This document shows positions 1-8,329 of a DNA stretch of 64,000 bases, piece after piece (the first letter of the stretch is position 1; every line of letters begins with the position of its first letter). Source of the DNA: a virus (lineage: Duplodnaviria > Caudoviricetes); IMG/VR virus record IMGVR_UViG_3300037722_000745, positions 224,001 through 288,000 of that record; one strand, 5' to 3'. The notes under the pieces are model-generated. The model had not been told where the DNA came from and searched no databases. It saw only the letters and a list, made by a program, of their open reading frames with translations. The position numbers and the translations under genes are program-made.

Positions 1-396
1 CCGCCCCGCCTTGCGGGAGTTGCAGGAGTAACAAGACGTCACGATGTTCTCCCACACCGTTCGACCACCCAACTTCCGCGGATTCACGTGGTCGTAGTTC
101 AGCTCCCGACGAGGAGCCCGCTTTCCGCAGTACTGGCACGTGAAATTATCTCGAGTCAGAACGTTGGTCCGAGAGAACTTTACGCCCTTCTTGTTGAAAG
201 GGATCTTCGTCGTAAGCCGGGCTACCGACGGAATCTCAAACGACACGCTTGGGGAAGTCGCCACGAACGGCTCTCCATCCCATGTCGTTTCAAGCGGCTC
301 GATGTGAGAGTCGAGCAGCTTGCAGATCGCGTCTTGCCACGGAACAATCCGGTGCGCTTGCATCCATGGAGTTAGGATCAGAGTGTGGAATTGCAT
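1..396 (-). CDS. HNH endonuclease (McrA-like), partial, runs off window edge
   Basis: Hand translation from ATG at 396: MQFHTLILTPW...RDNFTCQYCG...YDHVNPRKLGGRTVWENIVTSCYSCNSRK; no stop before base 1, so absent from the ORF track. Confidence 0.85.
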   Translation of the reverse strand, partial: MQFHTLILTPWMQAHRIVPWQDAICKLLDSHIEPLETTWDGEPFVATSPSVSFEIPSVARLTTKIPFNKKGVKFSRTNVLTRDNFTCQYCGKRAPRRELNYDHVNPRKLGGRTVWENIVTSCYSCNSRKAGR

Positions 397-455
397 TTGG
401 TTCTATCGCCTGCGTCTCTTCTTCCGCATCGGCGCCTCCAGCTAGGGTTTTTAAG

Positions 456-538
456 TGCGGGTCGAGGGAGTCGAACCCTCACGTCCTCGCGGACAGTGGA
501 TTTTAAATCCACAGCGTTTACCATTTCGCCAGACCCGC
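456..538 (-). tRNA. tRNA-Leu(TAA)
   Basis: GCGGGTC/GACCCGC acceptor, anticodon arm GTGGA-TTTAAAA-TCCAC, long variable arm, TTCGACT T-loop. Confidence 0.9.
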
Positions 539-545
539 GTTAACA

Positions 546-637
546 TGGTGCTCGGGGCAAGGATCGAACTTGCACGCCTCTCGGCAGCAAGGTCTCATTG
601 AGACCCGGCCGTGTCTCCCTGTTTCCACCACCCGAGC
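546..637 (-). tRNA. Leu-type tRNA-like RNA with abnormal, enlarged anticodon arm
   Basis: Acceptor GCTCGGG/CCCGAGC, Leu-type D and variable arms, encoded CCA; anticodon arm is 23 nt and contains GGTCTC-AAT-GAGACC. Confidence 0.6.
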
Positions 638-643
638 ATAACC

Positions 644-871
644 TCAGTTCAGCGCGGACAAGCCACGCTGTTGGACAGCTGTAACAGCTCCCTTTCGAAC
701 ATACTGTACGATTCCCTGCGGGCTAATACACAGATCCTCAATAGAAAACCTGACGGCTGCCTTACAACAACTGCGACCCCAACCCGCACTCAGTGCTCGA
801 CGACCCGCTTGATCACAAGAGCAACGACCGCAATTGAGGCACACGTAAACCTGCTCTTCAGGAACGGCCAT
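644..871 (-). CDS. hypothetical protein, Cys-rich
   Basis: ORF with upstream GGAG; CxxC motif. Confidence 0.5.
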   Translation of the reverse strand: MAVPEEQVYVCLNCGRCSCDQAGRRALSAGWGRSCCKAAVRFSIEDLCISPQGIVQYVRKGAVTAVQQRGLSALN

Positions 872-975
872 AGCATTCCCTCTCCCACACTACACCACGA
901 AGCACCCTATGAAAGAATTACATCAACGGTGTTCATCTTATCCCCGTGCCTAAAAGGACCGTGCCTAAAAGGACC

Positions 976-994
976 GTCTCGCCGCAGCGAGCAA
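976..994. repeat. short-loop hairpin repeat (family B)
   Basis: GTCTCGCCGCAGCGAGCAA, preceded by a 15-bp tandem duplication (GTGCCTAAAAGGACC x2). Confidence 0.8.
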
Positions 995-1009
995 AGCTCG
1001 GGAGCATCA

Positions 1010-1576
1010 ATGACCGAAGAACCCGCCGCCCCAAAGGCCACCAAGAAGCTCAATGCATACCGAGATCTGATCCTGGCTGCTGCGGCACTCGCAACCGCCG
1101 TTGGATCCTGGCTCAAGCCCGCTGACACCACCGCAACCGAGAACACTTACGAGTGGACCGCCGAGAAGATCGAGACTCTGTCCGAGAACGACGCGAAGCT
1201 ACACGCTGACGTGGTGGCCCTCCGCGGCTTCCTGGAAGGCTATATGGCCGGCCACGAGGTCGAAGTCGAAGACGAGGTCGAAGAGACCTCTAGACGCCCT
1301 ACCCGCACGCAGAACCGCCGCACATCTCGCCGTCCTTCATCAGACAGCTCTGGCAGCGACCCTGCACGACCTGCCGCAGCGGCGGCACCGAAGGAAACGA
1401 CGGCACCGGTGGTACCAGAGAATCCGCTAGCCGCCGACGACACCCCACCTGCACCACCACCGAAGCCCGCCCTACCTGAAATGAAAGCTCACCCAGAAGC
1501 CCTGAAGGCACCTAAGTTCTCCGACATGATGCAGCAGAGGGAAGCTCCACCTCCGCCACCTCCGACGGCAAAGTAG
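1010..1576 (+). CDS. hypothetical membrane protein with Pro-rich tail
   Basis: ATG at 1010 after GGAG; hydrophobic segment LILAAAALATAVGSWL; track ORF 611..1576 is over-extended. Confidence 0.7.
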   Translation: MTEEPAAPKATKKLNAYRDLILAAAALATAVGSWLKPADTTATENTYEWTAEKIETLSENDAKLHADVVALRGFLEGYMAGHEVEVEDEVEETSRRPTRTQNRRTSRRPSSDSSGSDPARPAAAAAPKETTAPVVPENPLAADDTPPAPPPKPALPEMKAHPEALKAPKFSDMMQQREAPPPPPPTAK

Positions 1577-1647
1577 GCCCACCCGGACTCGAACCGGGAC
1601 CTACCCGTTTATGAGACGGGGACTCTGACCAATTGAGCTATGGGCCC
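1574..1647 (-). tRNA. tRNA with CAT anticodon (probably Ile2)
   Basis: GGGCCCA/TGGGCCT acceptor, CCCGT-CTCATAA-ACGGG. Confidence 0.8.
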
Positions 1648-2211
1648 GCGTGGTGGACCTGGTCGGAATTGAACCGACGACTTCTACCGTGTCGAGGTAG
1701 CACTCTGGCCGCTGAGTTACAGGTCCAAGATGAGTTGGTGGGTTCGTAGTGTTCGTCGTTCCAACGCCTCGCGATCGTTGTCGTTCCGAATCACGTAGTC
1801 CGCTACCTTTAGCTTTTCCGACAAAGGAAGTTGACTCCAACCGCTTCTGAGCCTCGACTTCCGACAGCTTGTTGCGCTTCATCATCCGACGTATCTGCAA
1901 CGATGGCTCCGCCGCGACGACAATGAGCTTGTCCATGTGCTTGTAGGTGCCCATCTCGACGTGGAGAGCCGCATCGTAGACGACATAGGGGGCCGGGCCT
2001 TGTTGCGCTACGCCAACCCGTGGATAAGCGGGTGCACGTACTCTTCACCGAAGCATCTAACCAGCTCACGAAAGCCGAACGTCCCTGGGGCCGCTGCGTC
2101 GAGGGCCAGTTCGTCGGCGTCGATGATCACCACGCCTTGCTTGGCGAGAACACGCCCTACGGTACTCTTACCTGAGGCAATACCTCCCGTCAGTCCAACA
2201 ACCCGCTTCAC
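1601..2211 (-). pseudogene. coaE: dephospho-CoA kinase pseudogene (left boundary approximate)
   Basis: VVGLTGGIASGKST P-loop, IDAD and VHPLI motifs; internal deletion between FGEEY and VHPLI; frameshift near 2008 with VVYDAALHVE continuing in another frame. Confidence 0.8.
1651..1726 (-). tRNA. tRNA-Val(GAC)
   Basis: Full cloverleaf, loop TCGACAC, encoded CCA. Confidence 0.9.
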
Positions 2212-2468
2212 GGAGCCCCGAACGGTTCAACGTCGATCTTCACGTCGATCTCTCGGCTACAATTCATGCAGCGGTACCGACGAACACCGTCGTCTAGAGG
2301 TTCGAGGCTTGTAATGAAAGCTTCTGATCGGTCGCAGTATTCGCAGGGCGCCAGGATGATCGTGTGGTGAGCGATCTCCGACACCAAGTCCGACAACGTG
2401 GTCACGATGGACTTCAATGCCAACCACAACCGACGCTTGGGATACCCACACTCAGAAAGCTTGATCAC
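2208..2468 (-). CDS. hypothetical protein, Zn-ribbon-like
   Basis: Two CxxC pairs; 4-bp overlaps with neighbours. Confidence 0.6.
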   Translation of the reverse strand: MIKLSECGYPKRRLWLALKSIVTTLSDLVSEIAHHTIILAPCEYCDRSEAFITSLEPLDDGVRRYRCMNCSREIDVKIDVEPFGAP

Positions 2469-2704
2469 TTCACGAACTCCTCCCAGAGGCCCAGATGGGA
2501 CCTTCCGCGCTCGAACTTCGGGCAGCTTCCGTGAGCGTAGACGCTCAACTGCCGTTTACCCCCAGTATGCTTCAGGTGTTGGTAGTCGTGGATCACACAG
2601 GTCCCGAAGTTGTCGTTGTTGAAATGCCCGTGGACGCACGTGCCGCAGGTACCTCGGATCGAGTACCCGATGCGAAGCAGCTCCTCTCGTTTGTTAGCGT
2701 CCAT
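2465..2704 (-). CDS. small Cys/His-rich hypothetical protein
   Basis: ORF with RBS; paralogous to 2819..2950. Confidence 0.65.
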   Translation of the reverse strand: MDANKREELLRIGYSIRGTCGTCVHGHFNNDNFGTCVIHDYQHLKHTGGKRQLSVYAHGSCPKFERGRSHLGLWEEFVK

Positions 2705-2717
2705 GATGAACTCCTAG

Positions 2718-2766
2718 CTCGGGTGCAGGGACTCGAACCCCGATAAGCGGCACCAAAAACCGCTGT
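2718..2766 (-). pseudogene. tRNA-Gln(TTG) 3' part only
   Basis: Anticodon arm, T-arm and acceptor 3' strand present; D-arm and 5' strand absent. Confidence 0.65.
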
Positions 2767-2818
2767 ACCGCGGAGCTGGGTCTATTTGTGGAATTCCTAA
2801 CGGAGTCGGACCTGTAAC

Positions 2819-2950
2819 TCAGTACGTGTGGTACAAGCAAGTACCCCACACCCCGCTCGGGCTCGGAAAGATCGAGTGCGTGCAGAAACCACAAGCCACT
2901 GCAACCCGGTACCCAACCTCTTGCAGCTTACGTTTCTTGTTCTCATCCAT
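2819..2950 (-). pseudogene. truncated paralogue of 2465..2704
   Basis: MDENKKRKLQEVGY..CGFC..GTC aligns with MDANKREELLRIGY..CGTC..GTC but stops early. Confidence 0.6.
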
Positions 2951-2953
2951 GGG

Positions 2954-3027
2954 TGGCTCGGGGAGAGGGACTCGAACCCCCATTCGTGGGACCAAAACCC
3001 ACCGTCCTACCCTTAGACGATCCCCGA
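2954..3027 (-). tRNA. tRNA-Gln(TTG)
   Basis: TCGGGGA/TCCCCGA acceptor, loop TTTTGGT, CCA. Confidence 0.9.
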
Positions 3028-3070
3028 AAATCCTAAACTTACAACACTCCTCTTGAGGATTCCAGTTTAG

Positions 3071-3143
3071 AGCAGGTGATGGGACTCGAACCCACGACAA
3101 CCAGCTTGGGAAGCTGACACTCTACCAACTGAGTTACACCTGC
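3071..3143 (-). tRNA. tRNA-Gly(CCC)
   Basis: Cloverleaf, loop TTCCCAA, U73. Confidence 0.9.
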
Positions 3144-3343
3144 ATTTGGGCAAGAAGAAACAGGAGCGAGAAAAGCACACAGTCCCTGGGAAAGCCGAAT
3201 TGCACGCCAGCCCGTACCGGGCCTCAGGAAGCGCCTCAGATGGCCCCCTTTGGGATTGCAGGTACGTTCCAGTCAATCTCTTGACTAACTGACTAGGTCT
3301 CCTTGCCCGACGACGGAACCGAAGCCCCATCGCCCCCGACCCC

Positions 3344-3874
3344 TCACTCAACGAGCGCGGGATCCAAGCCTTCGATGTCGATCAAGGTCGCGTTCGCAAC
3401 CGCAATGGTAGCCCGAACCTTGCCGGCCTTCTTCGCGTACTCGGTCGCCCGCTCCACCGCCGCCGCCGGGGTGATGGTCGGGATCGCATGGACCTGACCC
3501 ACCTGCCTCACGTCGTCGTGGTAGCTGTACCGATCCTCCTTCGGACCGACACCTTTCCGGTACATCTTCTCGGCCCGCGCCAAACTTCCGACGAGCTTGA
3601 TCAGGAAGGCCAGCGTAGTCTCCCCGTCGGGGAACACCGAATCCTCATAGGGAACCTCAACCCTGACCGCCAAGTTGTACCGCATCTGAGCTGTCTGAAG
3701 GGTTGCGATAGCCGCCTCCGCCCTGAGGTAGGTCGCCACGACCTGTTGCGGATTCTCCTTTTCCGGTTCGTCAGGGAACCTCCTGAGGGACCCATCGTAC
3801 ATCCGAGAAGCCGTATCCCTCCGCAGCTCTTGCTGCTTGATGGCCTCCCGTAGTTGATACCCTGTCATCTTCAT
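3344..3874 (-). CDS. hypothetical protein
   Basis: Start MKMTG after GGAG; track ORF extends into tRNA. Confidence 0.7.
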   Translation of the reverse strand: MKMTGYQLREAIKQQELRRDTASRMYDGSLRRFPDEPEKENPQQVVATYLRAEAAIATLQTAQMRYNLAVRVEVPYEDSVFPDGETTLAFLIKLVGSLARAEKMYRKGVGPKEDRYSYHDDVRQVGQVHAIPTITPAAAVERATEYAKKAGKVRATIAVANATLIDIEGLDPALVE

Positions 3875-3887
3875 GTTCATCTCCATC

Positions 3888-3955
3888 TGCTGGGGAATCG
3901 AACCCCTGAGCGCCTGCATGCCATGCAGGCGCTCTCCCAACTGAGCTACAGCCCC
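3888..3955 (-). pseudogene. tRNA-Ala(GGC) with damaged 3' end
   Basis: Normal 5' half and loop ATGGCAT; T-stem/acceptor 3' strand collapsed to CCCCAGC. Confidence 0.65.
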
Positions 3956-3959
3956 TTAG

Positions 3960-4031
3960 CGCCCCCGGCAGGACTCGAACCTGCGTGACCCGCTTAGGAA
4001 ACGGGGGCCTCATCCGCTAGGCTACGGGGGC
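3960..4031 (-). tRNA. tRNA-Arg(CCT)
   Basis: Cloverleaf, loop TTCCTAA. Confidence 0.9.
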
Positions 4032-4274
4032 AGGTTTCACAAGCTCCCGGCGGCCCTCCAGGGTCTTGAATTGATCGACAAGCCGCTGTTGCTCGGCAGT
4101 GAGCGGCAGTAACGATGATCGTTTGACATCCGTCAACGTGATACTCCACTCCCGGTCCTGGCTCTTGTACCCGAGCGTTCGGGTAAAAGGGTTGTCCGCC
4201 AATTCAACAGTTTGCCGGTTTTTCTGTATGTAGCATCGCACATCATCCAACAGGTCAAACAGATTGGTGTACAT
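4017..4274 (-). CDS. hypothetical protein
   Basis: ATG at 4274 just downstream of a GGTGTA motif. Confidence 0.55.
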   Translation of the reverse strand: MYTNLFDLLDDVRCYIQKNRQTVELADNPFTRTLGYKSQDREWSITLTDVKRSSLLPLTAEQQRLVDQFKTLEGRRELVKPAPVA

Positions 4275-4396
4275 CTCGGCCCATACACCAAAAAAGACCG
4301 GGTTGTGTGTCTCATTGATTACCAAAGGTGACGGGGGCCGATCATAAGGTGGGAAAGTTTGAAGGCCGTTCGAGGTGAGAAGCTGTGAACCGGTTT

Positions 4397-4468
4397 CCCG
4401 GGCGACGGGAGTCGAACCCGCTACATCCTGTTCCGTAGACAGACGCTCTTCCAATGAGCTACGCGTGT
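4397..4468 (-). tRNA. tRNA-Arg(ACG), acceptor stem mismatched (degenerate)
   Basis: D, anticodon (CTACGGA) and T arms normal; ACACGCG/CGCCCGG has three mismatches. Confidence 0.6.
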
Positions 4469-4496
4469 AAGCTATCTCTAGCGGAACGGCCTTCAG

Positions 4497-4544
4497 TGTC
4501 AGGACGTGGGATCGAACCACGCTGGCTTCCAAACAAGTCCTGAC
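4497..4544 (-). ncRNA. mini tRNA-like RNA (acceptor stem plus T-arm)
   Basis: GTCAGGA/TCCTGAC stem, CGTGG-TTCGATC-CCACG T-arm, only 16 nt between them. Confidence 0.6.
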
Positions 4545-4563
4545 GTCTCGCCGCAGCGAGCAA
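4545..4563. repeat. short-loop hairpin repeat (family B)
   Basis: GTCTCGCCGCAGCGAGCAA abutting the 5' end of the mini tRNA. Confidence 0.8.
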
Positions 4564-4592
4564 AGCAAATAGTTGTCTGGGGTGCAGACTAG

Positions 4593-4719
4593 CGGGGCTA
4601 TTGGGAGTCGAACCCAAGCTTGTAAGGACCAACAGCGTCTCGCTTGCACGAGAGAGGGTTGAACCTGGTTTGTTTCCTCGTTATTAGCAAGGTGACGGAC
4701 CGACCGTCTGTATAGCCCC
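4593..4719 (-). ncRNA. tRNA-like RNA with giant variable region (copy 1)
   Basis: GGGGCTA/TAGCCCC acceptor, two 5' hairpins, GCAA-tetraloop hairpin, CTTACAAGC motif, canonical T-arm. Confidence 0.7.
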
Positions 4720-4773
4720 AGTTCGGCCGGCCCAGACCATTCTGGACCGACCTTGGCGAGAAGAAGAAGACTC

Positions 4774-5346
4774 TCAAGTCCTAGTTACACCACCGGGATG
4801 CAATTCGAAACCAATTTTCTCCCCCGTGGCGAGAAATTCTTGGGCGGCCCTCGCCAAAAGGGTGGAAGCAACCCCTATGAAGGGTAAATGCTCACCGCCC
4901 TCGCAGGTAGCAGCCCCCGCCACGCCCTCGGAATCGATGATGAAGTTCTCGTCCCAGACAACCCGTCCGAAGGCCCCATCAGCCGCCAGGGCCCCATGCA
5001 GACACGGAATCTTGGAGTCCCGGGCGAAGCCCTGGACGAGCTGTCGTGAGGCAGCATTGTCCAAGCAATCGATGATCAAGTCGGTGTTGATGAGCAACTC
5101 CCGAACGTTGACCTCGGTGAGCTTGTGCGGCACGACCGTCGGCTTAAGACCGAACATAAACAACAGGGTTTGCCCGAGCGCCTGAGCCTTGTTCTTACCC
5201 ACGCTCGGCTTGCCGTGGAATTGGGCCAGGGTGTTCTTCTGTTCCACCCGGTCGAAGTCGATGATCTTGAGGTCGGCCTCACCCCGGAGGAACAAGGCCA
5301 AGTGGGAGCCTAGAGCGCCGGCTCCAACGATGGTTACGTACTTCAT
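4774..5346 (-). CDS. E1/ThiF-family ubiquitin-like adenylating enzyme
   Basis: VTIVGAGALGS nucleotide-binding motif, IIDFDRVEQKN, IIDCLDN, candidate catalytic Cys in AATCEG. Confidence 0.9.
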   Translation of the reverse strand: MKYVTIVGAGALGSHLALFLRGEADLKIIDFDRVEQKNTLAQFHGKPSVGKNKAQALGQTLLFMFGLKPTVVPHKLTEVNVRELLINTDLIIDCLDNAASRQLVQGFARDSKIPCLHGALAADGAFGRVVWDENFIIDSEGVAGAATCEGGEHLPFIGVASTLLARAAQEFLATGEKIGFELHPGGVTRT

Positions 5347-5365
5347 AGCGACCTCCTTGCGCTCT

Positions 5366-5800
5366 TTATCGCTTTGGCAAAAAGCGCCTAGATTCATTCA
5401 TGGCGTTTTCGTACTGACGCCATTGCACCAGCTCTTTGAGGTACTCAGCGATGCGTTCCTTGTTCGCTGGATGGTCAAGTTGTATGCCATCCTTAGTAAT
5501 CAACTCGACTACCTCATCCAGAGAGTGGTTCTCTGCTAACTTAGACACAGAACCGAAGGGGACCTTCGGCCTCAGTTGGATCAAGTTGTACGGACGAGCC
5601 TCGTTTGCCGAGAATCGGTCCACCACGAAATCCGTCAGGTCCACCTCCTGTGCGTCGATGCCGGGGATACCGCCCCGCAAGGCTTCAGAGACCCACCCTC
5701 GTACATCCCCGTCCGTTGAATCGAACGCCACCGGGTCCGGCAGGTCACCATTCTGACCGCCGTAGGTGACGTTCACCTTGGCTTCGTGTTCTGCGATCAT
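5366..5800 (-). CDS. ubiquitin-like protein (83 aa ending PKVPFG) with 61-aa C-terminal extension
   Basis: Beta-grasp-like pattern, Gly-ending motif at codon 5552-5554, position between JAB and E1 genes. Confidence 0.7.
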   Translation of the reverse strand: MIAEHEAKVNVTYGGQNGDLPDPVAFDSTDGDVRGWVSEALRGGIPGIDAQEVDLTDFVVDRFSANEARPYNLIQLRPKVPFGSVSKLAENHSLDEVVELITKDGIQLDHPANKERIAEYLKELVQWRQYENAMNESRRFLPKR

Positions 5801-6201
5801 GTTATACCTCCTTGTGATCCAATCTTAGGCAGCCCCGACTCTCGCCGAAGCTGTTCCATCCAGGGGGGCTTGTACAGTGCAGGTCCCTTGCGGTAATCCA
5901 AGCGTCCCGGACCGACCCAACATAATTCGCAGAATCGATCCGCCGTAGTGATCCACCAGACAAGACGCTTACCCAAAGCCGCTTCAACCGCGTGGAAGGT
6001 CGTCACATCCTCATAGGACGGGCCGGGCTCTCCAAACCCCGGGTGACTGTGAGCGAAACCCAGGACGCGCTCCCGGTGCTCCCAGATGACATCCCACAGC
6101 TCGCGGCTGTCGGGAAGGCTCCCCACGGTTCGACCCGCGGGATTGTGCCAGTAGATCGGGTTGCAATCCAGATCCACCAAAACTCCAGCTTCGACGCTCA
6201 T
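5797..6201 (-). CDS. JAB/MPN+ metallopeptidase
   Basis: E...HSHP...PSYED JAMM motif; in frame with an upstream Zn-ribbon ORF to 6459. Confidence 0.85.
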   Translation of the reverse strand: MSVEAGVLVDLDCNPIYWHNPAGRTVGSLPDSRELWDVIWEHRERVLGFAHSHPGFGEPGPSYEDVTTFHAVEAALGKRLVWWITTADRFCELCWVGPGRLDYRKGPALYKPPWMEQLRRESGLPKIGSQGGIT

Positions 6202-6459
6202 GTGATTCCCCGTGTTCTCCATTGTGCGGACCACTGAATGCACTGACCCAAACGGATCCACATAGCGACCCGGGTAGTCAGGATGTGTAGGGAGTTTGCC
6301 CTCCGAACAGTCGTATTGAGGATCCTCCGACCACCCGCAGTTAGAACAACCCCAAGGGCCGTAAATGACCCCAACCCCCACGTCGACCGAATCCTGCCTA
6401 CAGGGCTCGCTGCATTCCGGACATTTTAACTCTTGATGGTCCACTCGGTCTTCTCCCAT
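6202..6459 (-). CDS. Zn-ribbon hypothetical module read in frame into the JAB gene
   Basis: CPEC...WGCSNCGW; no stop before the JAB start. Confidence 0.5.
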
Positions 6460-6608
6460 TCAGCCACGCAGTCGAGGCAGAAACTGTCTTTGCCAGCCTC
6501 CTTCGAGTAGTCTGACGCTGCGAGCCACCGATGTGCCGACGGCCACGAGTTTGGCTCACCTGCGCCGCATAGTGCCAACCCGTGCCAAAGAAGGTGGACA
6601 ACCCTCAC
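6426..6608 (-). CDS. hypothetical protein
   Basis: ORF with 4-bp overlap to upstream gene. Confidence 0.45.
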   Translation of the reverse strand: MRVVHLLWHGLALCGAGEPNSWPSAHRWLAASDYSKEAGKDSFCLDCVAEWEKTEWTIKS

Positions 6609-6910
6609 AGCGACTGGACCTTCCAGTCGTCGAGATTACAGCCCTCGGGACCGTGTTCAATGATCTGCCTCACATGTCCGGGGCCAAACGGTACCTTGTG
6701 GTTGAAGGCAGCACCGCCCTCGAACTGGTCGTACTCATCTTGATCGGTCCATCGCCGCGACGTGCAGGTGAACTGCGTCGCCGCCCCGCCGCTGAGATCT
6801 TGGATCGTCAGCTTCAGTACCTTGGGGGTCCAGCCCTTGGTTCGCGGGGTGATCGCCCAATGGTACGTCGTACCCATGAACTCTAGTTTGCGTCCCTTGT
6901 GCAGTGCCAT
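6605..6910 (-). CDS. hypothetical protein
   Basis: Start MALHKG at 6910; track ORF over-extended. Confidence 0.6.
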   Translation of the reverse strand: MALHKGRKLEFMGTTYHWAITPRTKGWTPKVLKLTIQDLSGGAATQFTCTSRRWTDQDEYDQFEGGAAFNHKVPFGPGHVRQIIEHGPEGCNLDDWKVQSL

Positions 6911-6912
6911 CG

Positions 6913-7863
6913 CTAACCCACATGCCGAAACACTACAAGACGACCTTCCCGCTCCGCCTGGCGAATGACCGGCGGCAGAGATTCTAAACTCAACCAAGCA
7001 TCCCCGCGGGTGCCGCCCGCAAAATCCGTGTCGTCGTAGTGTGCCGTCAGACAGATGCCCGCGTCGATGATCTGTAGAGTCCGAGCGTCGCATGTGCACT
7101 CGTAACGCCGCCCACCCATCCGGAACCGCACGACCATCTCGTTGCGTCGCGGGGCCTGCCGGTGATCGAGATACTCAGCCTCACCAACCGCGAGAGCCGC
7201 CCGAGCCGCGGTCCCGAAATCCTCTTGGGCCAACGCCCGCCGGCCAGCACCATCACCGAGCTGCTCCGCGATCTCCCGACGACGGGTTTCCCGCTGCCGT
7301 TCCTCTTCCTCACGCTGAAGGCGTTCCGCCAGCTCCCGCCGACGCCGCTCCGCCTCCAACCGCCGCCACCGCTCAAGCGTGAAGGCGACATCCAAAGCCG
7401 GCGACACCTCTCGGATATCAGCTAGCGTATCCTTGCCGTCCAGAAAGGCCGTCTGCACCTCGAACTCGGGCCCCAGAGGCATTTCTTGCTGGATGTAGAC
7501 CAACGGGCCGTCCTCGGACACGCGGCCCGCAGAGACCCGTACGAAGCGATCTAGGCCCGGTTCGATGAGATGGACCCGCTCCGTCTCGCTCTTAAAGGAG
7601 GCGAGCTTCCTTTGCGAAGCCGACACGAGCCGATCGCCGACCAGGTAGCCTACCTCTCGGTACTTGAGCTGCTCCGGCTCGGGATCACACACCTCCTGGA
7701 CCCGAGCCGTCCGACCGCCCACCGAGAACCGAACCCAGCCATGCTCCGCCGGCAGCCGACCCTCGATCACCCACCGACGTGGGCCCGACCGGAGGGACCT
7801 ACCCCCAATCCAAGGCGCGACAAGCGTCTCGCCTTCAGTCGCAAGTAAGTCTCTCCAACCCAT
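6913..7863 (-). CDS. conserved protein of the Ubl operon (coiled coil, Cys-containing C-terminal domain)
   Basis: Start MGWRDLL; charged coiled coil; RYECTCD...DAGICL; 5' part paralogous to 8330..8713. Confidence 0.75.
   Translation of the reverse strand: MGWRDLLATEGETLVAPWIGGRSLRSGPRRWVIEGRLPAEHGWVRFSVGGRTARVQEVCDPEPEQLKYREVGYLVGDRLVSASQRKLASFKSETERVHLIEPGLDRFVRVSAGRVSEDGPLVYIQQEMPLGPEFEVQTAFLDGKDTLADIREVSPALDVAFTLERWRRLEAERRRRELAERLQREEEERQRETRRREIAEQLGDGAGRRALAQEDFGTAARAALAVGEAEYLDHRQAPRRNEMVVRFRMGGRRYECTCDARTLQIIDAGICLTAHYDDTDFAGGTRGDAWLSLESLPPVIRQAEREGRLVVFRHVG
7583..7618. repeat. solitary CRISPR-repeat-like unit (family A) inside a CDS
   Basis: GTCTCGCTCTTAAAGGAGGCGAGCTTCCTTTGCGAA. 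Confidence 0.8.
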
Positions 7864-8084
7864 GGCCCAGCCACCTATTACACCGATTAGGCTGCCAGCA
7901 AACAACCAAAACGAAGGGATTCGCCCCATCAAAGTGGAATTACTACCACTGTCACGGCGTCCAAATTTTGGTTTGGGATGTCACATGAGGGTTAATTAAA
8001 CACCCTGATTTCAACGACGTGTTGGGTTTGGCCTACTTCCTGCAAGCCTGGCGGAGCCCTCCTGGGGCCAAAATGGAGATGAAA

Positions 8085-8300
8085 ATGAAAGACACAGAAC
8101 GCCTGCTGCCCTGGAACCAACACGGCGACATTCACCACACGTTCACGAACAAAGGGTCTGGAATTGTCTACCCGCACGACGAAGGCTTCCACTGGGAAGT
8201 TTTTGGTGGTGGAGACAGCTCCTGGCACGACCAGGCGGAATCTCTACACTCAGCTAAAGCCCACGTAGAAGGCACCTTTGTGGGTCGCGGCCTGATTTAG
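8085..8300 (+). CDS. hypothetical protein (opposite-strand insert)
   Basis: GGAG then ATG at 8085. Confidence 0.55.
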   Translation: MKDTERLLPWNQHGDIHHTFTNKGSGIVYPHDEGFHWEVFGGGDSSWHDQAESLHSAKAHVEGTFVGRGLI

Positions 8301-8329
8301 ATCGACAAGCGGGGCGTCGTCTAATTTCA

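Noticed and set aside
611-1009. N-terminal extension of the 321-aa track ORF
   Set aside because: Overlaps a tRNA and an opposite-strand gene; the RBS supports a start at 1010
7826-7846. CGTCTCGCCTTCAGTCGCAAG resembling a family B hairpin
   Set aside because: It encodes the conserved EGET peptide also present in the paralogue and lacks the GCGAG arm; likely coincidence
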